Source of the DNA: a virus
Lineage: Duplodnaviria > Caudoviricetes
Direction: 5' to 3' (one strand)
IMG/VR virus record: IMGVR_UViG_3300020215_000075
Location: 1-45,179 of that record
Length of the DNA: 45,179 nucleotides
Shown: piece after piece, positions 27,990 through 36,616 of the stretch
How the letters are laid out: each line of letters starts with the position of its first letter
How positions within the stretch are numbered: position 1 is the stretch's first letter
Notes under the pieces: generated by a model
Databases searched by the model: none
Seen by the model: the letters and a program-made list of their open reading frames with translations, nothing else
What the model was told of the DNA's origin: nothing
Program-made: the position numbers and the translations under genes

Positions 27990-28659
27990 GTTTCAAATCC
28001 GGATTGCTCTTGAGAATCTTCACAATGTCTTCGGTCGTCTTGAATTCGAATTCGAACAGCTTCTTCAGAAAACGATAATCATCCATCGTATCGATCACCA
28101 GCCGTAACCGAGCAAGATCAAAACGGCCAGAAGGAAGATTAACCCGATCATTGTTTCGGACAATGTAAGGTGTGACATGTTCAAGATCATACTCTTCCGT
28201 TGCGCATGAATAGGCTTTCGATAGCGCTCGCATGGTGAAGGCTTCACAGTCGAGACCCTTTGGAAAGGAACGCGGCCAAACATTCGAGGCGTACTCCGCA
28301 GCTTCGCTCTTGCGAAGAGATACGACCTTGTCGCCAACTCCAGGATCGAACAGTGGACAATCCGCCGTGATCCTCACGATCGTATCCGCGTTGGATTCGG
28401 CCGCGGCAAGATAGAAACGCTCCAGCACATTGTTCTCAGGACCGAGGAAATAACGAACCTTGCAGAACTTGGCGATGGTCACCAACGATTCGGAACTGTA
28501 CTCACGCGGAAAGGTGCAAACGACTTCATCCACGGTCTTCATCGCCAAGGCGCGTTCGATCACGTGCTGAAGAACCGGCTTGCCACCAAGACGCAACAGA
28601 ACCTTGGACGGCAAACGAGACGATCCGATCCTTGCCTGAATGATCGCGACAGTCCGCAT
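27973..28659 (-). CDS. SpsF/PseF-type nonulosonate cytidylyltransferase
   Basis: AIIQARIGSSRLPSKVL, RITADCPLFDP, PKGLDCE, EHVTPY, IDTMDD. Confidence 0.88.
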   Translation of the reverse strand: MRTVAIIQARIGSSRLPSKVLLRLGGKPVLQHVIERALAMKTVDEVVCTFPREYSSESLVTIAKFCKVRYFLGPENNVLERFYLAAAESNADTIVRITADCPLFDPGVGDKVVSLRKSEAAEYASNVWPRSFPKGLDCEAFTMRALSKAYSCATEEYDLEHVTPYIVRNNDRVNLPSGRFDLARLRLVIDTMDDYRFLKKLFEFEFKTTEDIVKILKSNPDLKHELTA

Positions 28660-28890
28660 TCACGCAGCGCTTTCGTTGATCCGGTAACCCAATCGCGTAA
28701 CCGCTCCGATCAACGCCCCAACACGATCGCCTTCCGAGAAGCCACACCCAATGGCTTCGTTCTTTCGAACATAGGCGAAAGCGATGGCAGCAATATCCCC
28801 GCTCTTCGCCATCTCCAAGGCTTTTTCACAAGTCTCAACCACCGACGATTGATACTCGTCTCTTTCGGTTTTCAATTCGACGATCTTCAT
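28660..28890 (-). CDS. Hypothetical small protein
   Basis: 76 aa, abuts both neighbours. Confidence 0.65.
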   Translation of the reverse strand: MKIVELKTERDEYQSSVVETCEKALEMAKSGDIAAIAFAYVRKNEAIGCGFSEGDRVGALIGAVTRLGYRINESAA

Positions 28891-29063
28891 GATTTGAAAT
28901 CACCAATCTTTGGTAAATGGTTAAGTCTATTCCATTCAGGACCGTTTACAGGACAAGAGTACCGGTAACATCTCGTTGTTAATGGATACAAAATCTCCCC
29001 ACACAACCCACATTTCGCAATAGGTTTGATCGGGTCTAATATCGGCAATCCTTCGTCGCTCAC
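28887..29063 (-). CDS. 58-aa Cys-rich protein (not in track)
   Basis: GAGGAGG upstream; GTG start overlaps the upstream TGA; CGLC...C....C. Confidence 0.5.
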   Translation of the reverse strand: MSDEGLPILDPIKPIAKCGLCGEILYPLTTRCYRYSCPVNGPEWNRLNHLPKIGDFKS

Positions 29064-29800
29064 ATAATCCTCCTCATGGTAAAACCTTCTTCGGCTAAAG
29101 CCTCTGCGGCCTCGTGTGGTGTCGCATCCGTGAATTGAAATAGCGCGCCAGCCGCAACAGCATGAGCGCCAGCCCGGTAAGCAGCAGCCATGTCATCAAA
29201 GCCGCTGCAACCACCACAAGCCACAACAGGAATACTAACGACACTTGAAACTCGATTAATGAGTTCATGATCGTATCCATTCATCGTTCCATCGCGCGGG
29301 ATGGATTGCAGAAGGATTTCACCGGCACCGAAATCTTCCATCTGTCTGGCATACAGATGCGGCTTATGTGGCGTCCGTACTCGACCGCTCTCGATCCAGA
29401 CATGACCGTCAATTCCGACATCGATCGAAACCACGATTGCCTGCGATCCGAATTTCTTCGCCGCTTGTTCGATCAATCCAGGGTCTCGAAACGCCGCTGT
29501 CCCGATGCTGACTTTGTCAGCACCGTTCGCGAGTAGGTCCCTAATATGGTCGAGAGTCTGAACACCCCCACCGACCGTGAGTGGCATAAAACAATCACTT
29601 GCGTATTCTCGTAATAGGCCAATGTCAGGTGAGACGTTGTTCCCAACATCCAGGACAAAAAGTTCGTCAACATTTCGACTTTGATGGACGCGTATGGATT
29701 GAACAAGATGTCCGACCGACCGCCACGAGTTGAAACCGGTTCCCTTGACAAGTTGCGTGCCTCTATGAAGAAGAACCGGAATAACGCGGCGAGCTAACAT
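29060..29800 (-). CDS. HisF-like cyclase (WbuZ/HisF2-type partner of the sugar amidotransferase)
   Basis: RRVIPVL, CFMPLTVGGG, GADKVSI, FGSQAIVVSID, GAGEIL, RDGTMNGYD, lacking histidine-operon context. Confidence 0.85.
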   Translation of the reverse strand: MLARRVIPVLLHRGTQLVKGTGFNSWRSVGHLVQSIRVHQSRNVDELFVLDVGNNVSPDIGLLREYASDCFMPLTVGGGVQTLDHIRDLLANGADKVSIGTAAFRDPGLIEQAAKKFGSQAIVVSIDVGIDGHVWIESGRVRTPHKPHLYARQMEDFGAGEILLQSIPRDGTMNGYDHELINRVSSVVSIPVVACGGCSGFDDMAAAYRAGAHAVAAGALFQFTDATPHEAAEALAEEGFTMRRIM

Positions 29801-29951
29801 CGCGCATCACCTGTAGAAAGAGTTGACCCTTTCCAGGATCGTGAGCGTACAAATCCCCGTTCGGCTTTTCCCAAATCTCGCGCCCGCGAAAATCAAGCTC
29901 TGGTCTTCGCAACCAACTCATCTGATGCGGGCGAACAGTGTTGACGATCAT
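29763..29951 (-). CDS. Hypothetical small protein
   Basis: GAGGGGG RBS, ATGA-coupled. Confidence 0.45.
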   Translation of the reverse strand: MIVNTVRPHQMSWLRRPELDFRGREIWEKPNGDLYAHDPGKGQLFLQVMRDVSSPRYSGSSS

Positions 29952-30109
29952 CCGCCCCCTCTCGACGCGTGATCAAGTCTCATCGTTGTTTCAACAAACC
30001 GAGCAAACTCTTTAACGTAATCTGGAACATCATCCCACCGTGGTGGACGGTGTCCTTTTAAAATCGCTTCTCGAAAGAAGACGAAATATTTTTTCTCAAT
30101 ATCATTCAT
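29948..30109 (-). CDS. 53-aa hypothetical protein (not in track)
   Basis: MNDIEKKYFVFFREAILKGHRPPRWDDVPDYVKEF...; ATGA overlap at both ends. Confidence 0.55.
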   Translation of the reverse strand: MNDIEKKYFVFFREAILKGHRPPRWDDVPDYVKEFARFVETTMRLDHASRGGG

Positions 30110-31260
30110 TTCGGGTGTGGAAGTTCGCCCATTTGGAAATCAGAAATATCCGATGGTCGATAGAATGACGACATTAAAGGAGCAAACGGTTCATCAATAA
30201 CGCGTCGAAACAAATTCCAATTGGTGAATTTATCTGTGACCATGACAAGATCATCACGTGTTAATTCGATCCACTCTAATACCTCATCGATCGAAACACC
30301 CATGTAATGTTCAGGGAACAAACCATCGCGTTGTAAAACTTCTTTCAAAGCAAAATCACGCGTGATGTGTTGGTTCCGAATATCTATCGACAACTGCGCA
30401 CAAGCACGGCCATAACCATACTTCCGGTACATCATGTAATCGTGCAAACCGGTCTGTGCGTTATCAAGATTTTCATGTTCCCACCAATTTGCCATGGACG
30501 GAAGCATTTGGATCATTCCGGCTTTCTTCGCGATCCTCGCATTAAGGTGCGAGTCCCAAGGTAGAAACTGTCCGAGGAAATAAGCTGTGGTGTGAACAAG
30601 CTTTGCATCGGAAGGCAGCAGGTAGTCCCCCATATCCGCTTTGGAGATTCCCCGGTATCCAACACAATCATTTGCCCGTAGGCCAAGCAATCCACCAAAC
30701 TCATGCACCCATCTCCTGGTCATGGTCAACGCTTCTTCCGCACCGTTTGGACATCCGTATTCACGTTGTGGGCTCTCGCCGTAGAAGAGAAGCGGGATGC
30801 CGAAATCGGATGCGACTTTGAACGGTATCGAGAAGATAGCCATATGCTCAGGATAAGAAATATCACCAACAGTTTCGAGGCCAAATCGATTAAGGCGAGC
30901 GCGCACCGAGCGATTAGGGGTAACCTCGATCGTGGTTGCATGTCTCGCGAGGTTATCGATGTTCAAGCGACCTACTTCAGTCAGGTGACAGGTCGAGGCG
31001 GTGACCACCAATGGTCTCGCGCCCATCTCGATCAAAGTCAAAACTTGGTAGTGACTATCCTTCCCGCCGCTGGAAGGAACCACGCAATCAAATCCGCTGC
31101 CGTTCCGGCCTTGCTCCAGGATTGATTCCAACTGACGCTTGCGCGCCCCCCAATCAATCTCGGTTCGTTTCTTGAAATTAATACACGCCGAACACTCGCC
31201 ATCGACAAAAGCCGTATCGGGTCGAGTGTCTGGTATCAAGCAAGAACGGCAGCGGTTCAT
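30106..31260 (-). CDS. N-acetyl sugar amidotransferase (WbuX/PseA/PtmG-like PP-loop ATPase)
   Basis: CRSCLIPDTRP...CSAC, FDCVVPSSGGKDS, YGESPQREYG, HDYMMYRKYGYGRA. Confidence 0.88.
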   Translation of the reverse strand: MNRCRSCLIPDTRPDTAFVDGECSACINFKKRTEIDWGARKRQLESILEQGRNGSGFDCVVPSSGGKDSHYQVLTLIEMGARPLVVTASTCHLTEVGRLNIDNLARHATTIEVTPNRSVRARLNRFGLETVGDISYPEHMAIFSIPFKVASDFGIPLLFYGESPQREYGCPNGAEEALTMTRRWVHEFGGLLGLRANDCVGYRGISKADMGDYLLPSDAKLVHTTAYFLGQFLPWDSHLNARIAKKAGMIQMLPSMANWWEHENLDNAQTGLHDYMMYRKYGYGRACAQLSIDIRNQHITRDFALKEVLQRDGLFPEHYMGVSIDEVLEWIELTRDDLVMVTDKFTNWNLFRRVIDEPFAPLMSSFYRPSDISDFQMGELPHPK

Positions 31261-31264
31261 GGTA

Positions 31265-31336
31265 TCAGTCCTTGGCCTTGCGGGCTTTGCCCTTACCTTT
31301 GCCCTTCTTCTTGGTGGGCTTTGCCTTCTTCGCCAT
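31265..31336 (-). CDS. 23-aa Lys-rich micropeptide (not in track)
   Basis: GAAGGAG-N7-ATG; MAKKAKPTKKKGKGKGKARKAKD. Confidence 0.65.
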   Translation of the reverse strand: MAKKAKPTKKKGKGKGKARKAKD

Positions 31337-31348
31337 GGTAGTTCTCCT

Positions 31349-31708
31349 TCATGTTTGAGAGACGCGTTGCGTCTCGGACCTTCCGCGTTTCATCGCGGAA
31401 ACCAGTTCCCCTGGAATGTCAAAGCGCGGCTCTTTATGAACCGCGATCAAACGCACCAGAAGCTTGTCGCGCTGAACACTGATTGGCTGCTCATGTTCAG
31501 GCGCACGAATTGTTCGATCGACCATTCGATATTTCTGTTGTCGACGGCGCTGATGACGTGGAACACCAAATCGTTCCAGCATCCGATAAACCGTCTGACG
31601 TGAGCAACGCATCCGCGCTGCGATGTCTTTTATTTTGAGAGGCGTTCCCTGATACAACTGAAGAAAGCGGGAAACCTCGTCGTTGCACCAGTACAAAGGT
31701 TTAGCCAT
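31349..31708 (-). CDS. Helix-turn-helix protein
   Basis: IKDIAARMRCSRQTVYRML; GGGGAG RBS. Confidence 0.7.
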   Translation of the reverse strand: MAKPLYWCNDEVSRFLQLYQGTPLKIKDIAARMRCSRQTVYRMLERFGVPRHQRRRQQKYRMVDRTIRAPEHEQPISVQRDKLLVRLIAVHKEPRFDIPGELVSAMKRGRSETQRVSQT

Positions 31709-31947
31709 CGTCTCCCCCGAGTGTTTTTCAACGAAACGTCCCCCGACGCGTTGATGCGTTGAAAATGAATCCCTGCGAACTTGAATCCGTCAATACGGTT
31801 TCCCCCGTATATCGTTCCTCCTAACTCTCTCTCGATATCGATGGACAATTGAAACAACATGTAAGACGGCATTCTGACGATCGGTTCAGGATCGCCCATG
31901 AACACCGCTTCACGAGACAGGTTGAACAAAGCCTCAGTCAATTTCAT
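31630..31947 (-). CDS. Hypothetical protein
   Basis: ATG overlaps the TerL stop (TAATG). Confidence 0.5.
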   Translation of the reverse strand: MKLTEALFNLSREAVFMGDPEPIVRMPSYMLFQLSIDIERELGGTIYGGNRIDGFKFAGIHFQRINASGDVSLKNTRGRRWLNLCTGATTRFPAFFSCIRERLSK

Positions 31948-33290
31948 TATCGCGAATATTCCTTGTGGACATAGGTATGCGGGGAAAAGCCCTTGGTGTT
32001 CTCCACCCGCACATCGGTCGCCTCGCGCTTGCGCGTGATCTTCGGGAATAACTGCGTCAGCGCCCACACCAGCGCATCGACACGGTCCCCGGTCCCGCCG
32101 CCGAGAATCCCGGCCGAAGTGAACGAGACCATCTGGTCTTCAAGCTGCGGGAACGATCCGACATGCGAGACGCGGCCTTGTTCGTACAAGGCGCTGATCG
32201 GTTCGGCGCGTGTGATCTTGCCACGTGAAGCATGGACCGCGATCACCTTGATGGTCGGGCGCACCGATTTGATGGTCGAGATGACCATCTGACCGCCCTG
32301 ATTGGTCTCGGCCACGATCGCGTCACCATCGAACTGATCGATGCCTGAGACCGCGCGCCGCGCCCATCCATCCGGCGATAACCTACAAGAAAGGTCGTTC
32401 AAGATGTAACCGCGGCCGTCGACACCGAGCCCGGCGACGACAATTCCGGTCTCGGCCAACCCTTCGTCTCCGTCAGGCGCAGCGGTCGCTGGGTCGACGC
32501 CAACCACCACACGGACAAGGTCGGGAACCTCGTTTTCCTTGATCCGCCTGCCATCGATATCAGAACGCCGCCACAAGGCTCCTGGAACGTCATCCAGGAC
32601 TTCGGCCATCAACTCCTGCCGCCCGAGCCGTGTGCCCTCATAGCGGTCCCTGAAAGCCTTCAGCGCGGACGGCGCGAGGTTGGCGGCATTGGCGTAGGTC
32701 GACTCGCTGGTCTTGATCGCACGCGGATCGTTCAGCAGTCGTCGGATCAACGTCACCGGCCGTGGCGTCGTGGTCACCACCACGCGCGGATCGTTCCCGA
32801 GACGCAAGCCGAATAGCATCTGATCCCATGTCTCCTCATAACGCCACGCCGCGACTTCGTCACACCATGCACGATGATGTTGCGGGCCGCGCAGACGATC
32901 GGGTTCTTCGGCGCTGAAGAGTTTGAAGCGCGAGCCGTTGAATAGGATCAATTCACCGAGCGACCGGTTCCAGGACTGCACGCATTCGGGCGGGATCACC
33001 CGCAGCAATCCAGAGTCGCCTTCGATACAGGTATCGCGCGCGTCCGCCGATGTCGGTGCGATCACCGCACAGCGCACACCGGGATTGTTCAAGGCGTACC
33101 ATGCCATGTCCTCCGCACCGGTCCGGGTCTTGCCCGCGCCGCGACCACCGAGCAACAACCAGACTTGCCAATCGCCGCTTGGCGTAAGCTGCGGGGTTCG
33201 AGCAATCCGCAACCAGTTGGCACGCATCCCGATCGCCGCCTGTTGCGGATCGAGAAGTCGGGACGCCGATTGTTCGTAAGTCGTGGTCAT
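31947..33290 (-). CDS. terL: Terminase large subunit
   Basis: GGRGAGKT Walker A, LRGPQ..AWCDE Walker B, TTTP, VGVDPA nuclease motif, DRVDA. Confidence 0.95.
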   Translation of the reverse strand: MTTTYEQSASRLLDPQQAAIGMRANWLRIARTPQLTPSGDWQVWLLLGGRGAGKTRTGAEDMAWYALNNPGVRCAVIAPTSADARDTCIEGDSGLLRVIPPECVQSWNRSLGELILFNGSRFKLFSAEEPDRLRGPQHHRAWCDEVAAWRYEETWDQMLFGLRLGNDPRVVVTTTPRPVTLIRRLLNDPRAIKTSESTYANAANLAPSALKAFRDRYEGTRLGRQELMAEVLDDVPGALWRRSDIDGRRIKENEVPDLVRVVVGVDPATAAPDGDEGLAETGIVVAGLGVDGRGYILNDLSCRLSPDGWARRAVSGIDQFDGDAIVAETNQGGQMVISTIKSVRPTIKVIAVHASRGKITRAEPISALYEQGRVSHVGSFPQLEDQMVSFTSAGILGGGTGDRVDALVWALTQLFPKITRKREATDVRVENTKGFSPHTYVHKEYSR

Positions 33291-33291
33291 G

Positions 33292-33364
33292 CAGCCCCGC
33301 CTGGACTCGAACCAGGATTTTCAGACTCAAAATCTGTTGTCTTCACCGATTGGACCACGGGGCT
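33292..33364 (-). tRNA. tRNA-Gln (anticodon TTG), CCA not encoded
   Basis: Acceptor AGCCCCG/CGGGGCT, D arm GTC/GAC, anticodon stem CAGA/TCTG with loop TTTTGAG, T arm CCTGG-TTCGAGT-CCAGG. Confidence 0.85.
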
Positions 33365-33776
33365 ACTTCTTCATTTCAATGATGACCTTCACCAAGGTCG
33401 ACATGTCCATTTCACTATGAGTCTTTTTGATCGCAACCTCAAAAGTCTTCAACGCCGCCTCAATCGCCTGTTCGATGTCAGGCTCAATCCGCTTCAGGAT
33501 ACTAGCGCGAAGCTCAATGCGAATACGGTTCAACAATCCTTCGATCATCGCCTGTTCAAGTATATCGCTGGTTACAAGAGAGGCCATCAATCTCGCTCCG
33601 CAAACCAGCTTGCGGCAATCGCACCACCGCCAGCAATTTGAATGACGAAGGTTAAAAGCGTCAGTGAATATGGAATTGATCCATAGAGAGGACCGGCGAA
33701 AAGACCGATGAGCATGGCACCATGCACCACATTGAAGATGCCGAAAGCGAGCTTCATCAATCGTCATCCTCTTCAA
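33363..33776 (-). CDS. Hypothetical protein (start uncertain)
   Basis: ORF between TerS and the tRNA; C-terminal half looks helical. Confidence 0.5.
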   Translation of the reverse strand: MKRMTIDEARFRHLQCGAWCHAHRSFRRSSLWINSIFTDAFNLRHSNCWRWCDCRKLVCGARLMASLVTSDILEQAMIEGLLNRIRIELRASILKRIEPDIEQAIEAALKTFEVAIKKTHSEMDMSTLVKVIIEMKK

Positions 33777-34209
33777 TGATCGTTTCCGATTTCACCATCA
33801 CGTCTTCAGCGATCTTGTTAACGAGCGGTTGCGCATCGATGATTTTCACACCGGCCAAGCGTTGTTGAGCAATATCGTCGAGCAACTTGGCAAACTCAGA
33901 GAAGCGCGCATTGATTTCAAGTGGATTGCCGTCCTTGTTGCTGTGTTCGATGGATTGTGGCGGCTTACCATAACCGCGGTCCATGATCGCATTGGCAGCG
34001 GCCACACGCGCAGCCCCGGGTTGATTTCGATCGGTGCAAATCTCGACATAGGCTTGCAATGCCAAATGCGCGTAAGAGCGCGCGGTTTTTGCAACCTCCA
34101 TACGCTCAATGATAGGGGCGATGTCAGGTAACAACGGCTTGCGGCCGGAACCAGGACGCCGACCACCGCGCTTATCTTTTTTCTTTTTCTTACGTGCGGT
34201 CTTTGCCAT
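33757..34209 (-). CDS. Terminase small subunit (probable)
   Basis: RGGRRPGSGRKP...ARVAAANAIMDRGYGKPPQ; upstream of TerL. Confidence 0.75.
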   Translation of the reverse strand: MAKTARKKKKKDKRGGRRPGSGRKPLLPDIAPIIERMEVAKTARSYAHLALQAYVEICTDRNQPGAARVAAANAIMDRGYGKPPQSIEHSNKDGNPLEINARFSEFAKLLDDIAQQRLAGVKIIDAQPLVNKIAEDVMVKSETIIEEDDD

Positions 34210-34244
34210 GTAAAATGATTCATGTTGAAAAAACCAAAAGAAAA

Positions 34245-34280
34245 TACGCTACCGCAGATCACCGGAAATGAATCCGGCGA
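34245..34280 (-). promoter_or_regulatory. ops-like element preceded by a hairpin
   Basis: TGCGGTAGCGTA (34256-34245) matches ops GGCGGTAGCGTG at 10/12; hairpin TCGCCGGA-N6-TCCGGTGA just upstream. Confidence 0.7.
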
Positions 34281-34306
34281 CGAAACCGCAGACAAGCAAA
34301 TCGATT

Positions 34307-34813
34307 TTAGACGATCGGTTCTAGCTCGATTGCCGCTGCAATCTCGACGCGGGTAACGCGCCCGAGAAATTCCAGTAACACCACCTCGCGCTGGCTCGAC
34401 GTCATCCCATCGTAAACGCCGACCATCCCCGAGAACTGGCCTTCGGGAATTCGAACCCGAGTGCCGCGTTCAAACTTCTCTTTCTCATTCTTCCGCAAGC
34501 GAACGAAACCTTCCTTGTCTTCACGCGCACGAATGTCGTCGATCACCTTCGATGGAATGCACGCGGGCTTGTCACCACGCATCACGACACTCGCGATGCC
34601 GATGGTCGACAACAACGACCGCCATTGGTCCTGGATGAAAACGAAGATGTAACGACCGAACAGCGGACGCGAGACCGCGGACTTCCGACCGCGAATAGTC
34701 ACGATGTCTTTGATCACCGGCAGATAGAACGCGAAGCCTTGCCGCGCCAAATTCGCTTTGGCACGCCGCTCGCAGTTCGCATGCATGATGGCAACTGACC
34801 AACACCCCGACAT
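34307..34813 (-). CDS. NusG/RfaH-family antitermination factor
   Basis: NGN domain (ERRAKANLARQGFAFYLP...PLFGRYIFV...STIGI) and KOW domain (FERGTRVRIPEGQFSG...LLEFLGR). Confidence 0.9.
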   Translation of the reverse strand: MSGCWSVAIMHANCERRAKANLARQGFAFYLPVIKDIVTIRGRKSAVSRPLFGRYIFVFIQDQWRSLLSTIGIASVVMRGDKPACIPSKVIDDIRAREDKEGFVRLRKNEKEKFERGTRVRIPEGQFSGMVGVYDGMTSSQREVVLLEFLGRVTRVEIAAAIELEPIV

Positions 34814-35538
34814 AGGGGAAGATCACAAACAGATTTTTCGAAAAAAGGAAGCGAAACGCGGGGAATTCGCTTGGAAACTAGAAACCATTTGGAAACCGAT
34901 TTTCTACCTTCTATATATTTATACCTTTTCCTCATCCTCATCCTAGAGTCATGGAAAGAGGGGTAAAAACGGTTTCTGTTTCCAACCACTTCCTGGCGAA
35001 TTCCTGTTTATATTCAAAAAATTACACCATACTTTCTCTTTCTTTTTTGGCCATTTTAATTTTGCTTACTCTTTCTAGACCCCCTAAAAATACCCCCTCC
35101 AGGTCCGAGAACCGAGGTACACATTGCCCCAAAAGGGGTGCAAAAATACCCCTCCTGGGTATATTTTTTGTGTACCGATCCTCCAAAACATGGGGTCAAA
35201 GAAAAAGAAAATGCGACAAAAATCCGATTTTCGGTGACACTAAGGTTTTGTATTTCTCTTTTTTGCAACCTTAATTAGATTTTGACAACCTTTGACCGAA
35301 ATCAATCCTCTCCACACTACGTCAAATGATACGAAAACAGACATACCCCCTCCCATCCTGGGGTTGGTAAAACTCTTTTACCCACAACTTTTAAGTTTAT
35401 TGCCCGCTGACGCGTCCAAGCTCCGAGGGTCACCGACCCTACCCCAAGTCCCAAAAATCCTCTCCACGGCCTCCCCTGCCCCTGCTATCCTGCCTCTGTC
35501 GGGGCCTATCCAACCCCGATCATCAACCCTGTCTGACG

Positions 35539-35569
35539 AAAAAAGGGGGAGGCTTGCTCAGCCTCCCCC
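35539..35569 (-). terminator. Intrinsic terminator closing the small-ORF block
   Basis: GGGGGAGGCT-GAGCA-AGCCTCCCCC-TTTTTT. Confidence 0.85.
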
Positions 35570-35705
35570 GCCGCGTTGGGACATCCTGATTTTCTTTTTG
35601 AAGAAGCAACGGCCTCGCGTTACAAACCGGCTGTCCACGTCCCCAACGTGTTGCACGGCGAGAGAGGATCAGGAGCCCCGAAACTCTTGGTCCTCTTTTG
35701 CTTTC

Positions 35706-36041
35706 TCAATTCCAATACAACACGATCGGCCAATCGGGCGGCATCTGTGCGAGATAGGCCCATACCGCTCTATTCGTCCAACTCCCGGTCACTGCATCAT
35801 GCTCTTTGAGCGTCAGTAAATCGGCCGCGGTTGTGTAGGTCAGACGCTCGCCATATGGTGATTCCTCGTGTGGGCCGTCGAAACAATACAATGGTTCAGG
35901 GATTGGTTTTTGTGGAAGCTGTGCTACCAGCCCCCAAAGCTCGCGCCTTCGTCCGACGCGAATGATGTCGTGTGACATCCAAATCCTATCCGCCGCCAGC
36001 GGCAGCAATGTCAGATCAACTCCCATTACACATCCCTCCAT
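35706..36041 (-). CDS. Hypothetical protein
   Basis: MGVDLTLLP...WPIVLYWN; probable start at the second Met after GGAGG. Confidence 0.65.
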   Translation of the reverse strand: MEGCVMGVDLTLLPLAADRIWMSHDIIRVGRRRELWGLVAQLPQKPIPEPLYCFDGPHEESPYGERLTYTTAADLLTLKEHDAVTGSWTNRAVWAYLAQMPPDWPIVLYWN

Positions 36042-36358
36042 GGCCCAGGACCGCGGCCCTGGATGTCGGACGACTTCACCATCAGCCAGTTATAAATGTC
36101 ATACGGCCATTCGAACGGCAGTCGAAGCATCGTGCGCGAGACGACATGTCCGCAGCAGAACAGCGCCCAACTCACGGCACATTTAATTCTTGAATTTCCA
36201 ACCACGACAACACGACTCCTTGCGCTCCCAAGGTTATTGCCGCTTCTTTAGACGCATCGTTATTCATCGTTTTCAGATGTGCAATTAGGATATCTCGCAC
36301 CTCTTCAGTTTTGAAAAAAACGCTTTGATTGATTGTTCGTTTCACTTTCATGTTCTCC

Positions 36359-36616
36359 TCATCTCTCAAACACATGCAATACGAGCGATCCATCCATAAG
36401 CATCGCCGTTCCGAGATATCGCCCATCATCTGGTGCCTCGTGACCGGTCCCGACGACCGCGATTCTCCGTAGCTTTTTCTCGTGGTTTGGATCACAACGA
36501 AACCAAACACAGGCCTTTTCGTTTTGTTCTCGCGCACACAGGAATTCAGCACCTTCCGGTACTCTAACGTCCTGCGTTCCCATCTGTGTAAGCGCGACCT
36601 TCCAGATCGTTTTCAT
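36359..36616 (-). CDS. Conserved small phage protein (TIWK...GTG...HVFE type)
   Basis: Motif pattern common in phages; ATGA-coupled. Confidence 0.7.
   Translation of the reverse strand: MKTIWKVALTQMGTQDVRVPEGAEFLCAREQNEKACVWFRCDPNHEKKLRRIAVVGTGHEAPDDGRYLGTAMLMDGSLVLHVFER

Noticed and set aside
29060-29800. hisF as a histidine-biosynthesis auxiliary gene
   Set aside because: Context with the N-acetyl sugar amidotransferase fits the WbuXYZ-type sugar amidation role
33292-33364. tRNA as a prophage attachment site
   Set aside because: Phage genes on both sides, and no integrase or duplicated 3' end seen in the window
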